From an uncultured Gemmatimonadales bacterium (lineage in GTDB: Bacteria > Gemmatimonadota > Gemmatimonadetes > Gemmatimonadales > GWC2-71-9), in contig CAVUAK010000001.1 of NCBI GenBank assembly GCA_963739455.1, positions 704,001-768,000 on the forward strand: a DNA stretch of 64,000 bases. The letters run 5' to 3'. The translations under genes and the position numbers were made by a program. The notes below the pieces were generated by a model. The model ran no database searches. It saw only the letters and a program-made list of their open reading frames with translations, and was not told the origin of the DNA. Every line of letters starts with the position of its first letter. The first letter of the stretch is position 1. Shown in pieces: positions 48,067 through 59,048 of the stretch.

Positions 48067-48686
48067 GCCAGCGGATCGCAGTGGTGCACCTCGACGAAAG
48101 CTGCCTTGGCAACGGGCGCGAGGGTGCGAACCCAGGCGGAGCGGGCGGGCTGATCGAGGTGCGCACGAGTCGTGGCATCGAGCGACGCGACGTGCTGGTG
48201 GGAAGCCCCGACACGACGAACAACCGGATGGCGCTGGCGGGAGCGATCGCGGTGCTCGAGCTGCTGGGAAGGAAGGAGACGAAGTTCCGCGCGCTGTTCG
48301 TCTCGGACTCGGAGTACCTGGTGAAGGGAATCCGCGAGTGGGCACCGGGCTGGGAGCGGCGGGGATGGACGCGGAAAGGGGGCGCAATCGAGAACCTCGA
48401 GCTATGGCAGTCACTGGTGGCGGCGGCGCGGAAGCATGATGCGCAGTGGACGTGGGTGCGGGGTCACAAGGGCCATGCGAAGAACGAGTACGCGAACGAC
48501 CTGGCGGTGAAGGCGGCAAGGGAGCAGGTCACGTCGGACGGGGCGGTGGAGTCGGGATTCGCTGCCTGGATTGAGGCAAAGCGGGAGAAGAAGATGTACC
48601 TGGACTACGATGCCGACGCGACTTTCTCCACGCTGGAGGAACGACTCGCCAGGGGCGAGAGGTTCCTCCTGCGGGAGGAAGCCTAG
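48063..48686 (+). CDS. rnhA: Ribonuclease HI with C-terminal extension
   Basis: SCLGN..PGG, TTNNRM, DSEYL, N.ELW, WVRGH.GH..NE. Confidence 0.88.
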   Translation: MSQRIAVVHLDESCLGNGREGANPGGAGGLIEVRTSRGIERRDVLVGSPDTTNNRMALAGAIAVLELLGRKETKFRALFVSDSEYLVKGIREWAPGWERRGWTRKGGAIENLELWQSLVAAARKHDAQWTWVRGHKGHAKNEYANDLAVKAAREQVTSDGAVESGFAAWIEAKREKKMYLDYDADATFSTLEERLARGERFLLREEA

Positions 48687-49588
48687 GACACCGGTACCCA
48701 GGTACGCACCGCCGGCTGGCCACACGCGCTCCACAGCACCTTCACGTAGGATCCATCGCTCAACTCATAGTGGATCTCTCCCGCCGAGATGCGGGGGGCC
48801 CCGGTGCACGCCGCGTCGAAGTGCAGCGGCGCCACCGTGTTTACGGTGAACGCGCGGACATTTCCGTTGCGGCTGAAGGTGACCTGCCCGCTCTTGACCG
48901 CCGTACCGCTGGGTAGTGGCGTGCCGCGAACGAGTTCGCTTCCCGGGTCAGGCGAGAAGACCAGCAGCGTGTTGTGCGCCACGGTGGCGTCGGCGCGACG
49001 GGCGAAGGTGCGGACAATGGAGACCTGGTTGCTGAGACTCAACTGCGCCGCCGTGGCGGTGAGGGTGCGCGAACCGTTGCGCGTGGCGGACCACGAGTCG
49101 ATGGTGTTGGGCGCCGTATACTGCCACCTGAAGTTGTCGTAGTTCAACAGGTACGCGAAACTCGGCGCCGGGTCGGGGTCGCTGATGCTGATCACGCCGG
49201 TGAGTTCCACGTTTCCACCACGCCAGTTGGTGAAGCTGCAGGCGGGCAGTGCGTAGGTGAATGCGGTGTTATCGCGGATGCCGTCGCCGTCGGTGTCGGT
49301 GGTGGCAGACACGGTGGCGCAGAGAGGCCGCCTGATGGCGAGCAGGTTCCCATTCGTCGGCGTGCTGCTGAGGGACATCGCCACCGCATCGTCGGCGCTG
49401 TTCAGCGCATCGATCGCAAGTTCTGTTTCATCTGCGCTTGCGGCGCCCATGTCGAGCGCATCCTGCTGCACGGCACTGGTGCTGTCGGACGGCAGGGTGG
49501 CGCCGTCGGAACAGCCGCCAAGGATTGCGGCGCCCACCAGTGCGGACCAGAGCATCCGGGCCCGCGTGTGATGAAGGTCACGAGACAT
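48683..49588 (-). CDS. Hypothetical lipoprotein
   Basis: Lipobox LGGC; DTDGDGIRD Ca-binding-like loop. Confidence 0.7.
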   Translation of the reverse strand: MSRDLHHTRARMLWSALVGAAILGGCSDGATLPSDSTSAVQQDALDMGAASADETELAIDALNSADDAVAMSLSSTPTNGNLLAIRRPLCATVSATTDTDGDGIRDNTAFTYALPACSFTNWRGGNVELTGVISISDPDPAPSFAYLLNYDNFRWQYTAPNTIDSWSATRNGSRTLTATAAQLSLSNQVSIVRTFARRADATVAHNTLLVFSPDPGSELVRGTPLPSGTAVKSGQVTFSRNGNVRAFTVNTVAPLHFDAACTGAPRISAGEIHYELSDGSYVKVLWSACGQPAVRTWVPVS

Positions 49589-49742
49589 TTTGCAGTTCCC
49601 CCAGTTTCCAGGTTGCGGAGCGGCCTTCCTGCTGCAGCCAGGGACGGGGCGAAGGGAATGGCGTTAAGCGTGACCGGACGGGGCGGGGTGTGTAGCTTCA
49701 CGACAGATGCTGGAAAGTGACGTCCCTCCGGGGAGGAGCTGC

Positions 49743-50462
49743 GTGCAGGATATCGAACGCCTATTTCGTCATCTCACGCGTACCCTGCAGGCAGTGGACC
49801 CTGCGCGGCTGCAGCAGCCGGTCAGCGTGGCCGAACTGGTGTCGCGATTCGTGCCGTATCGCACGAGCCGGCGGGCACTTGGCGTGGAGTCGAGCGAGGA
49901 CTACGAGCTCCTCCTGCTCCGGTTCGCGAGTGGCGAGGGAGGATTTGCAAACACCGAACCGGACCCGGTACGGCGACGCTTCGCGAGCGAGGTGAAGAGC
50001 CCCAACCCGGACCTGTCAGTGCTGCGTGAGTTCCGGGATGCGGTGTTCGTGCTCCAGCCGATTCCGCTCGCGCGGGTGCTGTCGGGGCAGAGCGAGGACG
50101 ACGCATATGCTCCCCCGCCCCACCCGGCGCCGGCGCCACCGCCGGAGCTGGTTGAGGCGGTGGCACAGATGGACGCCGAGTCGGACGTGATCGAGCCGCT
50201 GCCATTCGACGCGGTGCGCACCATCGCGCCGCTGGAAGAGGTGGAGTTGGTGCCGGTCGTCGAGGCGCCGTTAGTACCGGTCGCGGCGGCGCCGCGATGC
50301 AGCTACTGCGGCGGATCGCTGCCAGCGGGAAGGGCGGTGCATTTCTGTCCGCACTGCGGGCAGTCGCAGATGGTCGGTCAGTGTCCCAAGTGCAAGGCGG
50401 AAGTGGAGTATGGCTGGAAGCACTGCGTCAGTTGTGGCACGGGGCTCAGCTTTGATGCCTGA
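49743..50462 (+). CDS. Protein with C-terminal double zinc ribbon
   Basis: Four CxxC motifs; RBS GGAGGAG. Confidence 0.8.
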   Translation: MQDIERLFRHLTRTLQAVDPARLQQPVSVAELVSRFVPYRTSRRALGVESSEDYELLLLRFASGEGGFANTEPDPVRRRFASEVKSPNPDLSVLREFRDAVFVLQPIPLARVLSGQSEDDAYAPPPHPAPAPPPELVEAVAQMDAESDVIEPLPFDAVRTIAPLEEVELVPVVEAPLVPVAAAPRCSYCGGSLPAGRAVHFCPHCGQSQMVGQCPKCKAEVEYGWKHCVSCGTGLSFDA

Positions 50463-50480
50463 CCTGCAGCGAGAATTGCC

Positions 50481-51677
50481 ATGACCACTCCAGATGTCGT
50501 ATTCCTCAGTGGTGCACGGACCGGCTTCGGCGCCTTCGGTGGCGCGCTCAAGTCGCTTTCCGCGACTGACCTCGGTGTCGTTGCAACTACCGCTGCGATC
50601 GAGCGGAGCGGCTTGGGCGCGGAGCAGATCGATCACGTCGTCATGGGCAATGCCCAGCAGACATCGGCGGACGCGATCTATCTCGCCCGGCATGTTGGGC
50701 TTCGCAGTGGATGCCGCATCGAAACGCCGGCACTTACGGTCAATCGGCTCTGCGGCTCAGGGTTCGAGGCGGTCGTGCAGGCAGCACAGCAGATCCGCCT
50801 GGGCGAATCGCGCGCGGTGCTGGCCGGTGGGACGGAGTCGATGAGCCAGGCCCCGCATGTGGTGCGCGGTGCCCGGTGGGGACTCAAGTTCGGGCAGGCG
50901 ACGCAGCTCGAGGATTCGCTGTGGGAGGCGCTGCGCGACAGCTGGTGCGACACCGCGATGGCAGACACCGCCGAGAACCTGGCGACGAAATACGGCATCG
51001 ATCGCGCGGCGGTGGATGCGTATGCACTCTCGAGCCAGCAGCGAGCCCGCGATGCGTGGGCGGCAGGTGCATTCACTGACGAGCTTGCAGCCGTGGTGCT
51101 GAAGGACCCGAAGACGAAGCAGCCGGTATCGTGGGCGCGCGACGAACACATGCGCCCCGAGTCGAGCCTCGAGGGACTGGCGAAGCTGGCGCCGGTCTTC
51201 AGGACGGGTGGCGTGGTGACGGCGGGGAACGCGTCCGGCCTCGCGGACGGCGCTGCCGCCATGGTGGTGGCCGACGCCGCGCTGGCCCGGGAGCGGGGAT
51301 TGAAACCGCTTGGCCGGCTGGTCGCGTACGCGGTGGCGGGCGTGGAACCCTCCCTGATGGGCATCGGGCCAGCTCCAGCAGCACGCGCCGCACTGGCGCG
51401 AGCGGGACTCGTGCTCGAGGACATGGACCTGGTCGAAGTGAACGAGGCGTTCGGGGCACAGTACCTCGCCGTGGAGAAGGAGCTCGGCCTCGACCGGTCG
51501 CGGACCAACGTGGATGGCGGCGCCATCGCCATCGGTCATCCGCTCGGCGCCACCGGCGCCCGGATCCTGGTGCACCTGCTGCATGCATTGCGTCGCCGCG
51601 GTGGACGCTATGCCCTGGGCAGTGCCTGTATCGGTGGCGGGCAGGGCATCGCCGTCATCGTCGAATCTGTCGGCTGA
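50481..51677 (+). CDS. Acetyl-CoA C-acyltransferase (thiolase)
   Basis: [26 protein letters not shown]. Confidence 0.95.
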   Translation: MTTPDVVFLSGARTGFGAFGGALKSLSATDLGVVATTAAIERSGLGAEQIDHVVMGNAQQTSADAIYLARHVGLRSGCRIETPALTVNRLCGSGFEAVVQAAQQIRLGESRAVLAGGTESMSQAPHVVRGARWGLKFGQATQLEDSLWEALRDSWCDTAMADTAENLATKYGIDRAAVDAYALSSQQRARDAWAAGAFTDELAAVVLKDPKTKQPVSWARDEHMRPESSLEGLAKLAPVFRTGGVVTAGNASGLADGAAAMVVADAALARERGLKPLGRLVAYAVAGVEPSLMGIGPAPAARAALARAGLVLEDMDLVEVNEAFGAQYLAVEKELGLDRSRTNVDGGAIAIGHPLGATGARILVHLLHALRRRGGRYALGSACIGGGQGIAVIVESVG

Positions 51678-51690
51678 AGGGACGCCACTC

Positions 51691-52590
51691 ATGGAATTTC
51701 TGCTGCCTGCGTTGCTGCTGGTTGTCGGTTACTGCTTCGGGAGCCTCAGGGTCCTGCGGCAGTATGAGCGCGGCGTGTCGTTCTTCCTGGGGAAGTACTG
51801 GGGCACCAAGGGGCCGGGCCTGACCTTTGTGCCGCTCGGGTTTGCCCAGATGAAGCGCATGACACTCCGTACCGTGGCGCTTGATATTCCGGCGCAGGAC
51901 GTGATCACCCGCGACAACGTCTCGGTGAAGGTCAACGCGGTGCTGTACATGCGCGTGCTCGACCCGGCCAAGGCGTTCATCGAGATCGAGGACTACCTGT
52001 ACGCCACGAGCCAGTTGTCGCAGACCACCTTGCGATCGGTGCTGGGCGAGGTCGAACTGGACGAGTTGCTGGCCGACCGGGAGAAGATCAACGCGGTTTT
52101 GAAGAAGATCATCGATGAGCGCACCGATCCCTGGGGCATCGAGGTGTCGGCGGTGGAAGTAAAGGATGTGGACCTTCCCGACCAGATGAAGCGCGCGATG
52201 GCCCGGCAGGCGGAAGCGGAACGCGAGCGCCGCGCGAAGGTGATCGCGGCACAGGGCGAGCTGCAGGCGTCGTCCACGCTGGCGGAAGCGGCGAAGATGC
52301 TTGCGTCGGAGCCGGTATCGCTGCAATTGCGCTACCTGCAGACCGTCACGGAAATCGCGGCGGAGAACAACTCGACCACGATCTTCCCGCTGCCAATGGA
52401 CCTGCTCCGGCCATTCATGGACATGGCCGACCGGGCGGCGCGGACGCGGGACGACAAGGCGATCGCGGCGGCAGCGGCACAGCCGGCGCTACCTCCCGCG
52501 GCACCGATGCCAACCCATGAACTGGGTGACCTGATGCAGCGCCTCAAGGAAAAGGCACGCCAGGAGGAAGCGGAGAAGCATGGGAAGTGA
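51691..52590 (+). CDS. SPFH/stomatin (slipin) family protein
   Basis: [40 protein letters not shown]. Confidence 0.92.
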   Translation: MEFLLPALLLVVGYCFGSLRVLRQYERGVSFFLGKYWGTKGPGLTFVPLGFAQMKRMTLRTVALDIPAQDVITRDNVSVKVNAVLYMRVLDPAKAFIEIEDYLYATSQLSQTTLRSVLGEVELDELLADREKINAVLKKIIDERTDPWGIEVSAVEVKDVDLPDQMKRAMARQAEAERERRAKVIAAQGELQASSTLAEAAKMLASEPVSLQLRYLQTVTEIAAENNSTTIFPLPMDLLRPFMDMADRAARTRDDKAIAAAAAQPALPPAAPMPTHELGDLMQRLKEKARQEEAEKHGK

Positions 52591-53437
52591 GCTGACACCG
52601 AAGTTCGACCAGGAAGCACTGCAGCGGATCCTGCAGCGCGCAGCGGAGCTGCAGGCGAACGAGCGCGACGTGACCGGATCGCTCGACGGCAGCGAGGTGC
52701 TGGCGCTGGGGCGGGATGTCGGCATCCCGGAGCACTACCTGCGGCAGGCAATGCTGGAGGTGGGCCAGGTGCGCGAGGCGCCGGCGCCGGAGAGCTGGCT
52801 GGACGAGATGATGGGACCGGCGACGGTGGTGGCGGACCGGGTGGTGCGGGGCGACGCGCACGCGATCGAGGCGGCGCTGGTGAGCTATCTCGAGACAGAA
52901 GAGGTGTTCGGCATCATCCGGCGCACCGAGGGCCAGGTGATGTTTCAACCAGTTGGCGGATGGCAGGCAGCGGTACGCCGGGCGACCGGCAGCAAGACAT
53001 TCATGCTGCGGAAAGCGGAGCGGGTCTCGGCCACGATTGTGCCGCTCGAACCGGGGCTGTGCCAGGTGGTGCTGCGCGCGAGCCTGCGTGATGTTCGGCG
53101 GGGATACATCGGCGGTGCGGCGGCACTCCTGTCGACGGCCGTCGCGGCCACGATCGTACTGGGAGCGCTCAATGCATTCTGGCCCGTGCTGCTGATGCCG
53201 CTGCCGGGAGCCTTCGGATTCTCCTGGGCCATCGGGAAGTCCTACCGTACAGAGACAGAACGTGTCCAGCTCGGGCTCGAGTGCGCGCTCGACCATGTCG
53301 AGCGCGGGTCGGTGCGCGCGTCGCACCAGCTCCCGGGCCGAGGGACCGGCCTGCTGGACACGGTCATGTCGGAAATCGAGACGCTGATCTCGCCGCGGAC
53401 TCCGGGCCAGGGCAGCACCCCAAGGCGCAAGCGGTGA
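52580..53437 (+). CDS. Hypothetical membrane protein
   Basis: [21 protein letters not shown]-terminus; two TM helices. Confidence 0.7.
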   Translation: MGSELTPKFDQEALQRILQRAAELQANERDVTGSLDGSEVLALGRDVGIPEHYLRQAMLEVGQVREAPAPESWLDEMMGPATVVADRVVRGDAHAIEAALVSYLETEEVFGIIRRTEGQVMFQPVGGWQAAVRRATGSKTFMLRKAERVSATIVPLEPGLCQVVLRASLRDVRRGYIGGAAALLSTAVAATIVLGALNAFWPVLLMPLPGAFGFSWAIGKSYRTETERVQLGLECALDHVERGSVRASHQLPGRGTGLLDTVMSEIETLISPRTPGQGSTPRRKR

Positions 53438-54319
53438 GCAGCATCCGCACCGTGGGCGTGGTGGGTGCGGGGCTGATGGGTGCGGGCATCGCGCAGGCGG
53501 CGGCATCGGCGGGGTTCGACACGATGCTCCGCGACGTGGACGAGCTGGCGTTGAGGCGAGCGCGCACGGCAATGGAGAAGTCCACCGCGAAGTTTGTGGA
53601 GAAGGGCCAGATGACGGCGGAAGCGCGGGTGGCCGCGCTGAGCCGGGTGACCACCACGACCGAACTGGGTGACATCTCCGCCGTCGACCTCGTGATCGAG
53701 GCCGTTCCGGAAAATGCGGAGGTCAAGCTCGATCTGTTTCGAGAACTGAATTCCGTGTGCCCCTTTCCCACCGCATTTGCGAGCAATACGTCAAGCCTCA
53801 GCATCACCCAGCTGGCCATTGGGAGTGGAAGGTCGGACCGATTCGTCGGGCTTCACTTCTTCAACCCGGTGCCGATGATGCCGCTGGTGGAGGTGATCCG
53901 CGGGGGCGGACACGTCGGCGGAGACGTACGACGCGGCACTCGGGTTCGTGCGGAGGCTGGGCAAGGAGACGGTAGAGGCGCAGGACGTGCCGGGGTTCGT
54001 GGTCAACCTGCTGCTGGTGCCGTACCTGCTGGATGCCGTGCGAGTGCTGGAGCGCGGCGTCGCAAGCACGGTAGACATCGACCGTGGAATGGCGCTGGGG
54101 TGTGGTCACCCGATGGGACCGCTGATGCTGCTCGACTTCGTGGGCCTCGACACGGTGGTGCGGATCGGCGAGATCCTGCATGCCGGGTACGGTGAGGAAC
54201 GCTACGCTGCGCCAGCACTGCTCGAGCGCATGGTGACCGAGGGATTGTTGGGGAAGAAGAGTGGCCGCGGGTTCTATGACTACTCCGTCACGCCACCCGC
54301 ACCGGCGAGCATGGCATGA
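53434..54319 (+). CDS. hbd: 3-hydroxybutyryl/3-hydroxyacyl-CoA dehydrogenase (frameshift at about 53905)
   Basis: GAGLMGAGIA, ASNTSSL, GLHFFNPVP, PGFVVN, HPMGPL, GKKSGRGFY. Confidence 0.88.
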
Positions 54320-54975
54320 CGGGAAGATGGCGCCGTTTCCTGCCGCCCTGCCGCCTTGTCTTCCTGCCGCTCTTGTTCGCATGTGACCCCAATACGACCA
54401 GGCCCAGGGTCGATCCCTTCCCCGAGGATGCAACGACCGAGGTGCGGGCGAAGATCCCGGTGGCGACGGAGCGGCTGCTCGCAGCGCTCGCGGCGGACAG
54501 CGTGCCGATCAAGTTCTCATCCACGCGCGATGGGTATGTGGAGACGCCGTGGCTCAATGCGGAGACGCTGCAGGCCACTGATGCCCGGCCGATCGGGAGT
54601 GACATCGTGCGGATCCGCGGATGGGTGAACCCCGGCAAGGAGGGGTTCTCCGTCATCATCGTGGAAGGGGCATACCGGCAGATGGCCGATCCGTCACTGC
54701 CGGAACGTGAACTGGAGCGGCCGCTGCCGGATGACCATCCGGTGCAACTGCGCATCGACAGCCTGGTGGCGCGGATCCCGACGAACCGGGCGGGCACACC
54801 CAACCCACCACGGCCTCCGGCTTCCGTGACCGACAGCAGTGCCGCGCCTGCTGTTCCCCCCGCTCCGCCGGCCGACACGGTCAGGAAGCCTGCCGGCGCT
54901 CCTGCCAGGACTCCTGTTCCCGCACCTCGCGCACCCGCTGCTGCACCACAGGATTCAGCACCAAAGAGCCAGTAG
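54316..54975 (+). CDS. Hypothetical lipoprotein with Pro-rich tail
   Basis: Lipobox LFAC; RDGYVETPW. Confidence 0.7.
   Translation: MTGRWRRFLPPCRLVFLPLLFACDPNTTRPRVDPFPEDATTEVRAKIPVATERLLAALAADSVPIKFSSTRDGYVETPWLNAETLQATDARPIGSDIVRIRGWVNPGKEGFSVIIVEGAYRQMADPSLPERELERPLPDDHPVQLRIDSLVARIPTNRAGTPNPPRPPASVTDSSAAPAVPPAPPADTVRKPAGAPARTPVPAPRAPAAAPQDSAPKSQ
54339..54370 (+). repeat. CCTGCCGC octamer array in the signal-peptide coding region
   Basis: cctgccgc cctgccgc cttgtctt cctgccgc. Confidence 0.65.
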
Positions 54976-55006
54976 TCTTTTTCGTCTCCCTCAAACTGTG
55001 AGCCTC

Positions 55007-56356
55007 ATGACGTCACCCAGCCCCAGCCGGCTTCCCCGCAGCATCGGGCTCTGGAGCGCCATCGCTGTCGTCATCGGTTCGACGATCGGGTCGGGCATCT
55101 TCCGGTCGCCGGCGGGCATCGCCGAGCGCTTGCCGGGGCCGTTGCCGCTGCTGTCGGTGTGGGTGCTGGGCGGAGTCTTCGCCCTCTGTGGCGCGCTGAC
55201 GCTTGCGGAGGTATCGAGCGCGATCCCGGAGACAGGCGGGCTCTACGCCTTCCTCCGCGACGGGTGGGGGCGGATCTATGGCTTCCTCTTCGGGTGGGCG
55301 CAGCTGGTGATCATCCGGGCGGCGTCGCTCGGCGCGATCTCGATCACGTTCGCCGAATATTTCATCAGGGTGCTGGGTTACGATCCGCGGGTGGCGCCGT
55401 ACGACATGTACTCGCACCGTCTCGCGGCGGTGGCGATCGTGGTGACGGCCACGTTCAACATCGTCGGCGTAAAGTGGGGAGCGCTCGTCACCAACCTCAC
55501 CACGCTCGCGAAGTACGGCGGGCTGATGTTCATCATCATCCTGGCGCTGACGCTGGGGCTGCCGGAGACAGGTGGGCACTTCACGCCGATGGTGCCGCCG
55601 GGAAGCTTCTCCATCGCGCCGTTCGGGCTGGCGCTGGTGGCGGTGCTGTGGGCGTACGACGGGTGGGCCGACCTGACCTTCGCAGCGGGCGAGATCAAGG
55701 ACCCGCAGCGGAACCTGCCGCGGGCGCTGATCGGGGGCACGCTGGCAGTGATCCTGATCTACGTGCTGGCGAACATCGCGTACCTGTCGGTGCTCGACGT
55801 GAACGAGATCAGGACCTCCAAGCTGGTGGCCGCCGACGTGGCCGAGAAGCTGATCGGGCGGAAGGGCGTGATCTTCGTGTCGGTGACGGTGATGCTCTCG
55901 ACGTTCGGGACGCTGAGCAGCGTGCTGCTGACGTCGCCGCGCATCCTCTTCGCGATGGCGGATGACAAGCTCTTCTTCAAGCAGGTCGCGACAGTGCACC
56001 CGAAGTTCGGGACGCCGTACGTGGCGGTGCTGCTCGTGGCGGCGATGGGCATCGCGTTCGTGCTGCTGCAGACGTTCGAGAAGCTGACCGATACCTACGT
56101 CATCGCGGTGCTGCCGTTCTACGCGCTGGGAGTGGCGGCGGTGTTTCCGCTCCGGAAGAAGCTGGGCTATGCGCCGTCGTTCAAGACGCCGTGGTACCCG
56201 GTGGTGCCGCTGCTGTTCATTGCGTCAACGATCTTCCTGCTGGGGAACTCGGTGATCGAGCCGGACACGCGGATCTGGACGCTGGGGATCTTCGGGGTGA
56301 TCCTGGCGGGAATTCCGTTCTACTGGTTCGTGTCGAAGAGAAGGGGCGAGGCGTAG
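55007..56356 (+). CDS. APC family amino-acid permease (LAT-like)
   Basis: GSTIGSGIF, PETGGLY, WAYDGW, GEIKDPQRNLP. Confidence 0.92.
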   Translation: MTSPSPSRLPRSIGLWSAIAVVIGSTIGSGIFRSPAGIAERLPGPLPLLSVWVLGGVFALCGALTLAEVSSAIPETGGLYAFLRDGWGRIYGFLFGWAQLVIIRAASLGAISITFAEYFIRVLGYDPRVAPYDMYSHRLAAVAIVVTATFNIVGVKWGALVTNLTTLAKYGGLMFIIILALTLGLPETGGHFTPMVPPGSFSIAPFGLALVAVLWAYDGWADLTFAAGEIKDPQRNLPRALIGGTLAVILIYVLANIAYLSVLDVNEIRTSKLVAADVAEKLIGRKGVIFVSVTVMLSTFGTLSSVLLTSPRILFAMADDKLFFKQVATVHPKFGTPYVAVLLVAAMGIAFVLLQTFEKLTDTYVIAVLPFYALGVAAVFPLRKKLGYAPSFKTPWYPVVPLLFIASTIFLLGNSVIEPDTRIWTLGIFGVILAGIPFYWFVSKRRGEA

Positions 56357-56375
56357 AGAAGGGGAGGGTATTTCC

Positions 56376-56687
56376 ATGACCTTCAAGCCGGCGATCTGGT
56401 ACCCGATTTCCGTCGTGCTCACCGTGGTCAACGTTGGCGCCGCCTGGTTCGCTGCCCGGGATGCGGAGCCGTGGCACGCCGTGGTTCACGCAGGCCTGGC
56501 GGTGGCGTTTGGGCTCTGGGCGCAGCGGCTAAGGCGGGGGCGCCAGCGCAGGGGCGATGAACTCCAGGCGGGTGTCGAGGCGCTCGAGATCGAGGTGAAC
56601 ACGCTGCGGCAGGAATTGAGTGACGCGCAGGAGCGCATCGACTTTGCGGAACGATTGCTTGCCCAGAACAAGGATCGCCGCCAATGA
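56376..56687 (+). CDS. Small membrane protein with C-terminal coiled coil
   Basis: Two TM helices; ELSDAQERIDFAERLL; RBS GGAGG. Confidence 0.7.
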   Translation: MTFKPAIWYPISVVLTVVNVGAAWFAARDAEPWHAVVHAGLAVAFGLWAQRLRRGRQRRGDELQAGVEALEIEVNTLRQELSDAQERIDFAERLLAQNKDRRQ

Positions 56688-57163
56688 TCCCTCACATTCT
56701 TGCCACGCTGGCGCTGATCGGGATTGCCCTGCTGCTGGGCGCCTGCGCCTACGAGTCCGTGGTGATGGCGCCGAACTTCGAGCGGGAGGTCCCGGCCTCC
56801 ATCGAGGCTGCGCGACAGTTCCTGAAGCGCACCACGCCGGGTCACTACTTCCGGATACTGGCCCCCGTTACGCAGCTGCTGGTGCTGGGCGGCGTAATCA
56901 TGTCGTGGCAGGTCATGGCGGCTCGCTGGGCACTGCTGACGGCACTCGGCGTCCTGCTGCTCACCGACGCCATCACCTTCACGTATCACTATCCTCGCCT
57001 GGCGATCATGTTCAAGGGGCCCCTGCCGGAGGATCATGCGCGGCTGGCCCGTGCGGCGCGGGAGTGGGGCCTGGGCAATATCGTGCGGGTGGCGCTGTTG
57101 CTGGTGGCGTTCCTGGCGGCGCTTCGGGCGGTGTTGATCCTGCCAATGCACGCGGCGGGCTGA
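56684..57163 (+). CDS. DUF1772-like membrane protein
   Basis: Four TM helices; YESVV.APN, W...NIVR. Confidence 0.65.
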   Translation: MIPHILATLALIGIALLLGACAYESVVMAPNFEREVPASIEAARQFLKRTTPGHYFRILAPVTQLLVLGGVIMSWQVMAARWALLTALGVLLLTDAITFTYHYPRLAIMFKGPLPEDHARLARAAREWGLGNIVRVALLLVAFLAALRAVLILPMHAAG

Positions 57164-57178
57164 GAAGCGCGTGAAGTA

Positions 57179-57685
57179 CTAGAGGATGCCCGGGTTCGCC
57201 TTCCACACGGCGTAGGTGAGCATCGTGGCGAAGGTGACCCAGGCCAGGTATGGAATCATCAGCGTTCCGGCAACAGGGCGCACGCGGCGGAACAGGTTCA
57301 TCGTCATCGCCACGGCAATCCAGAGCAGCACGACACCCACGAATGCCAGCGCGCCCCGGTGCCAGGCGAAGAAGAGCCAGGTCCAGAGCGCGTTGAGCGC
57401 GAGCTGCACCAGGTAGACCAGGAGCGCCACGCGCGCGCCGACGTAGTTCCGCGCCTTCCAGACCATCCACGCCGCAACCGCCATCGCCAGGTAGAGCACC
57501 GTCCAGACCGGCCCGAACACCGACCCGGGCGGCGCCCAGCTCGGTCGCTGCAGCGCTTCGTAGAACTCACGTGAGTTGGCAGCGGCGATGGAGCCGATGG
57601 CCGCCGCGACCGCCGTGATCCCGATCCAGCCGAGCAGACCCGGAATGGTCGAGCCACCCACCGATTCGACCCTGCCCTGCGCCAT
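57179..57685 (-). CDS. tspO: TspO/MBR tryptophan-rich sensory protein
   Basis: RPSWAPP..FGPVWTVLY, QLALNALW..FF, PYLAWVTFA. Confidence 0.92.
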   Translation of the reverse strand: MAQGRVESVGGSTIPGLLGWIGITAVAAAIGSIAAANSREFYEALQRPSWAPPGSVFGPVWTVLYLAMAVAAWMVWKARNYVGARVALLVYLVQLALNALWTWLFFAWHRGALAFVGVVLLWIAVAMTMNLFRRVRPVAGTLMIPYLAWVTFATMLTYAVWKANPGIL

Positions 57686-57783
57686 GATCCAGCCTCCCCC
57701 AAGCCTGACGCCCGTCCAGCAGTACCCAGCCAATCATACCCCGGGTCCCGGCGCGTTGGCCGGTTTCAGGCCCGCGCTACTGG

Positions 57784-58176
57784 ATGCGACTTGACCCCGC
57801 GCTGGCAGCGTGCGGTGGCGACTCGAACGAACCGAAGGAACTCCAGTTGCGCGACATCGCGGGCAACTGGCAGGGCACTGCCTTCGAAATCACGGACCTT
57901 GAAACCGGGGAGAAGGCGGAGTACTTGTCGAAGGGCTACCTCGCCGAATTCGACATGACCGTGAGCGCCGCAGGGGCGTTGGCGTTCTCGGCACGTGAAC
58001 CTGACGAAGACGAAGCGGATGTCAGCACCGGGACGATTGCGCTGGACGGGAACAACGTAACCATCACCCTCGACGCAGAGGTCTACCACGGAACGATCGC
58101 GACCGGCGACCGCACCCTTACCATCAACCTCCTGAGTGATGAACTCAGGCAGGTCCTGGTGTTCCGCCGCAGGTAG
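57784..58176 (+). CDS. Hypothetical lipoprotein (5' end uncertain)
   Basis: LAACGGD lipobox with too short a signal; IAGNW lipocalin-like start. Confidence 0.55.
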   Translation: MRLDPALAACGGDSNEPKELQLRDIAGNWQGTAFEITDLETGEKAEYLSKGYLAEFDMTVSAAGALAFSAREPDEDEADVSTGTIALDGNNVTITLDAEVYHGTIATGDRTLTINLLSDELRQVLVFRRR

Positions 58177-58222
58177 CGGAGGAGCCTGATCGCGTAGGGG
58201 TTCTAGCGGGAACTGCGCGGAC

Positions 58223-59018
58223 TCAGACCACGTACGCCTTCACCCACTCCTCGAGCTGAGCCAGGTCGAGGAGTGCGTCCTTGCAGGGACCAGACGGGCA
58301 GCGTCATGGTCAGGCCCAGCACTGGAACCTTCCCTGCCACGTCGTGCAGGCCACTCACCATGTCCCGCTCGCAGGCAACAGCAACGACGGCGCGGGGGCG
58401 TCGCTCGCGAATGACGCGGCGGGCAAGCTGCCCGCGGGTGGCGACGAACACCGGGACATCGTACTTCCCGGCGATCTGGAGCACGCCGTCGAGCGTGGCC
58501 CGCGACAGGCACCGCGGAATGAGCAGCAGCAACTCGCCCTTGCCGACTTTCCGGTTCCGTTCCAGCACCAGCGCGTTGTAGACCTTTACCGCGGCGTTCT
58601 CGACCCAGTCGCGCTTGCCAAACCGGTCTGCCACGCGCGACGTGAGCTTCATGAGCCGGAGGAACGGGCCCCGTTCGGCGAGGCGCTCGGGCAGCAACGG
58701 GCGGCGCAGGAGATAAGAAAGGAGGATGGCGCCCCACCAGAGCCAGAGCACTCCCGCCACCACACCGAGTCCCAGCCAGACGTAGGTGGGCACCACCGCG
58801 CTCAGGTGCGCGATGTGGGGAGAGAGCAGCTCGGCGACGAGGGCAAGCACGCCGAGGGCGAAGGCAAGCGCCACGGCCGACCAGGCAAAGAAGAGCGCGA
58901 CCGGCGAGTCATAGTTGCCCAGGTTGGGCAGGGGGGTGCCATCCCACTCGTCCCACTCGTGACCGAGCCGACGATCTACATCTATATGTATGAGCTGGGC
59001 GCGCTGGATATCCGACAT
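58223..59018 (-). CDS. DUF116 family membrane protein (frameshift near 3' end)
   Basis: LLLIPRCL, VATRG, VAVACERD..SG; restored end GPCKD. Confidence 0.85.
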
Positions 59019-59048
59019 AGGGAATCAAGATAACGTAGGTTTGCGGTC

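Noticed and set aside
49584..49610. Fourth ECF promoter (GGAAAC-N16-TGTCT, minus strand)
   Set aside because: The -35 differs from GCAACC and the -10 overlaps the predicted start codon; too weak.
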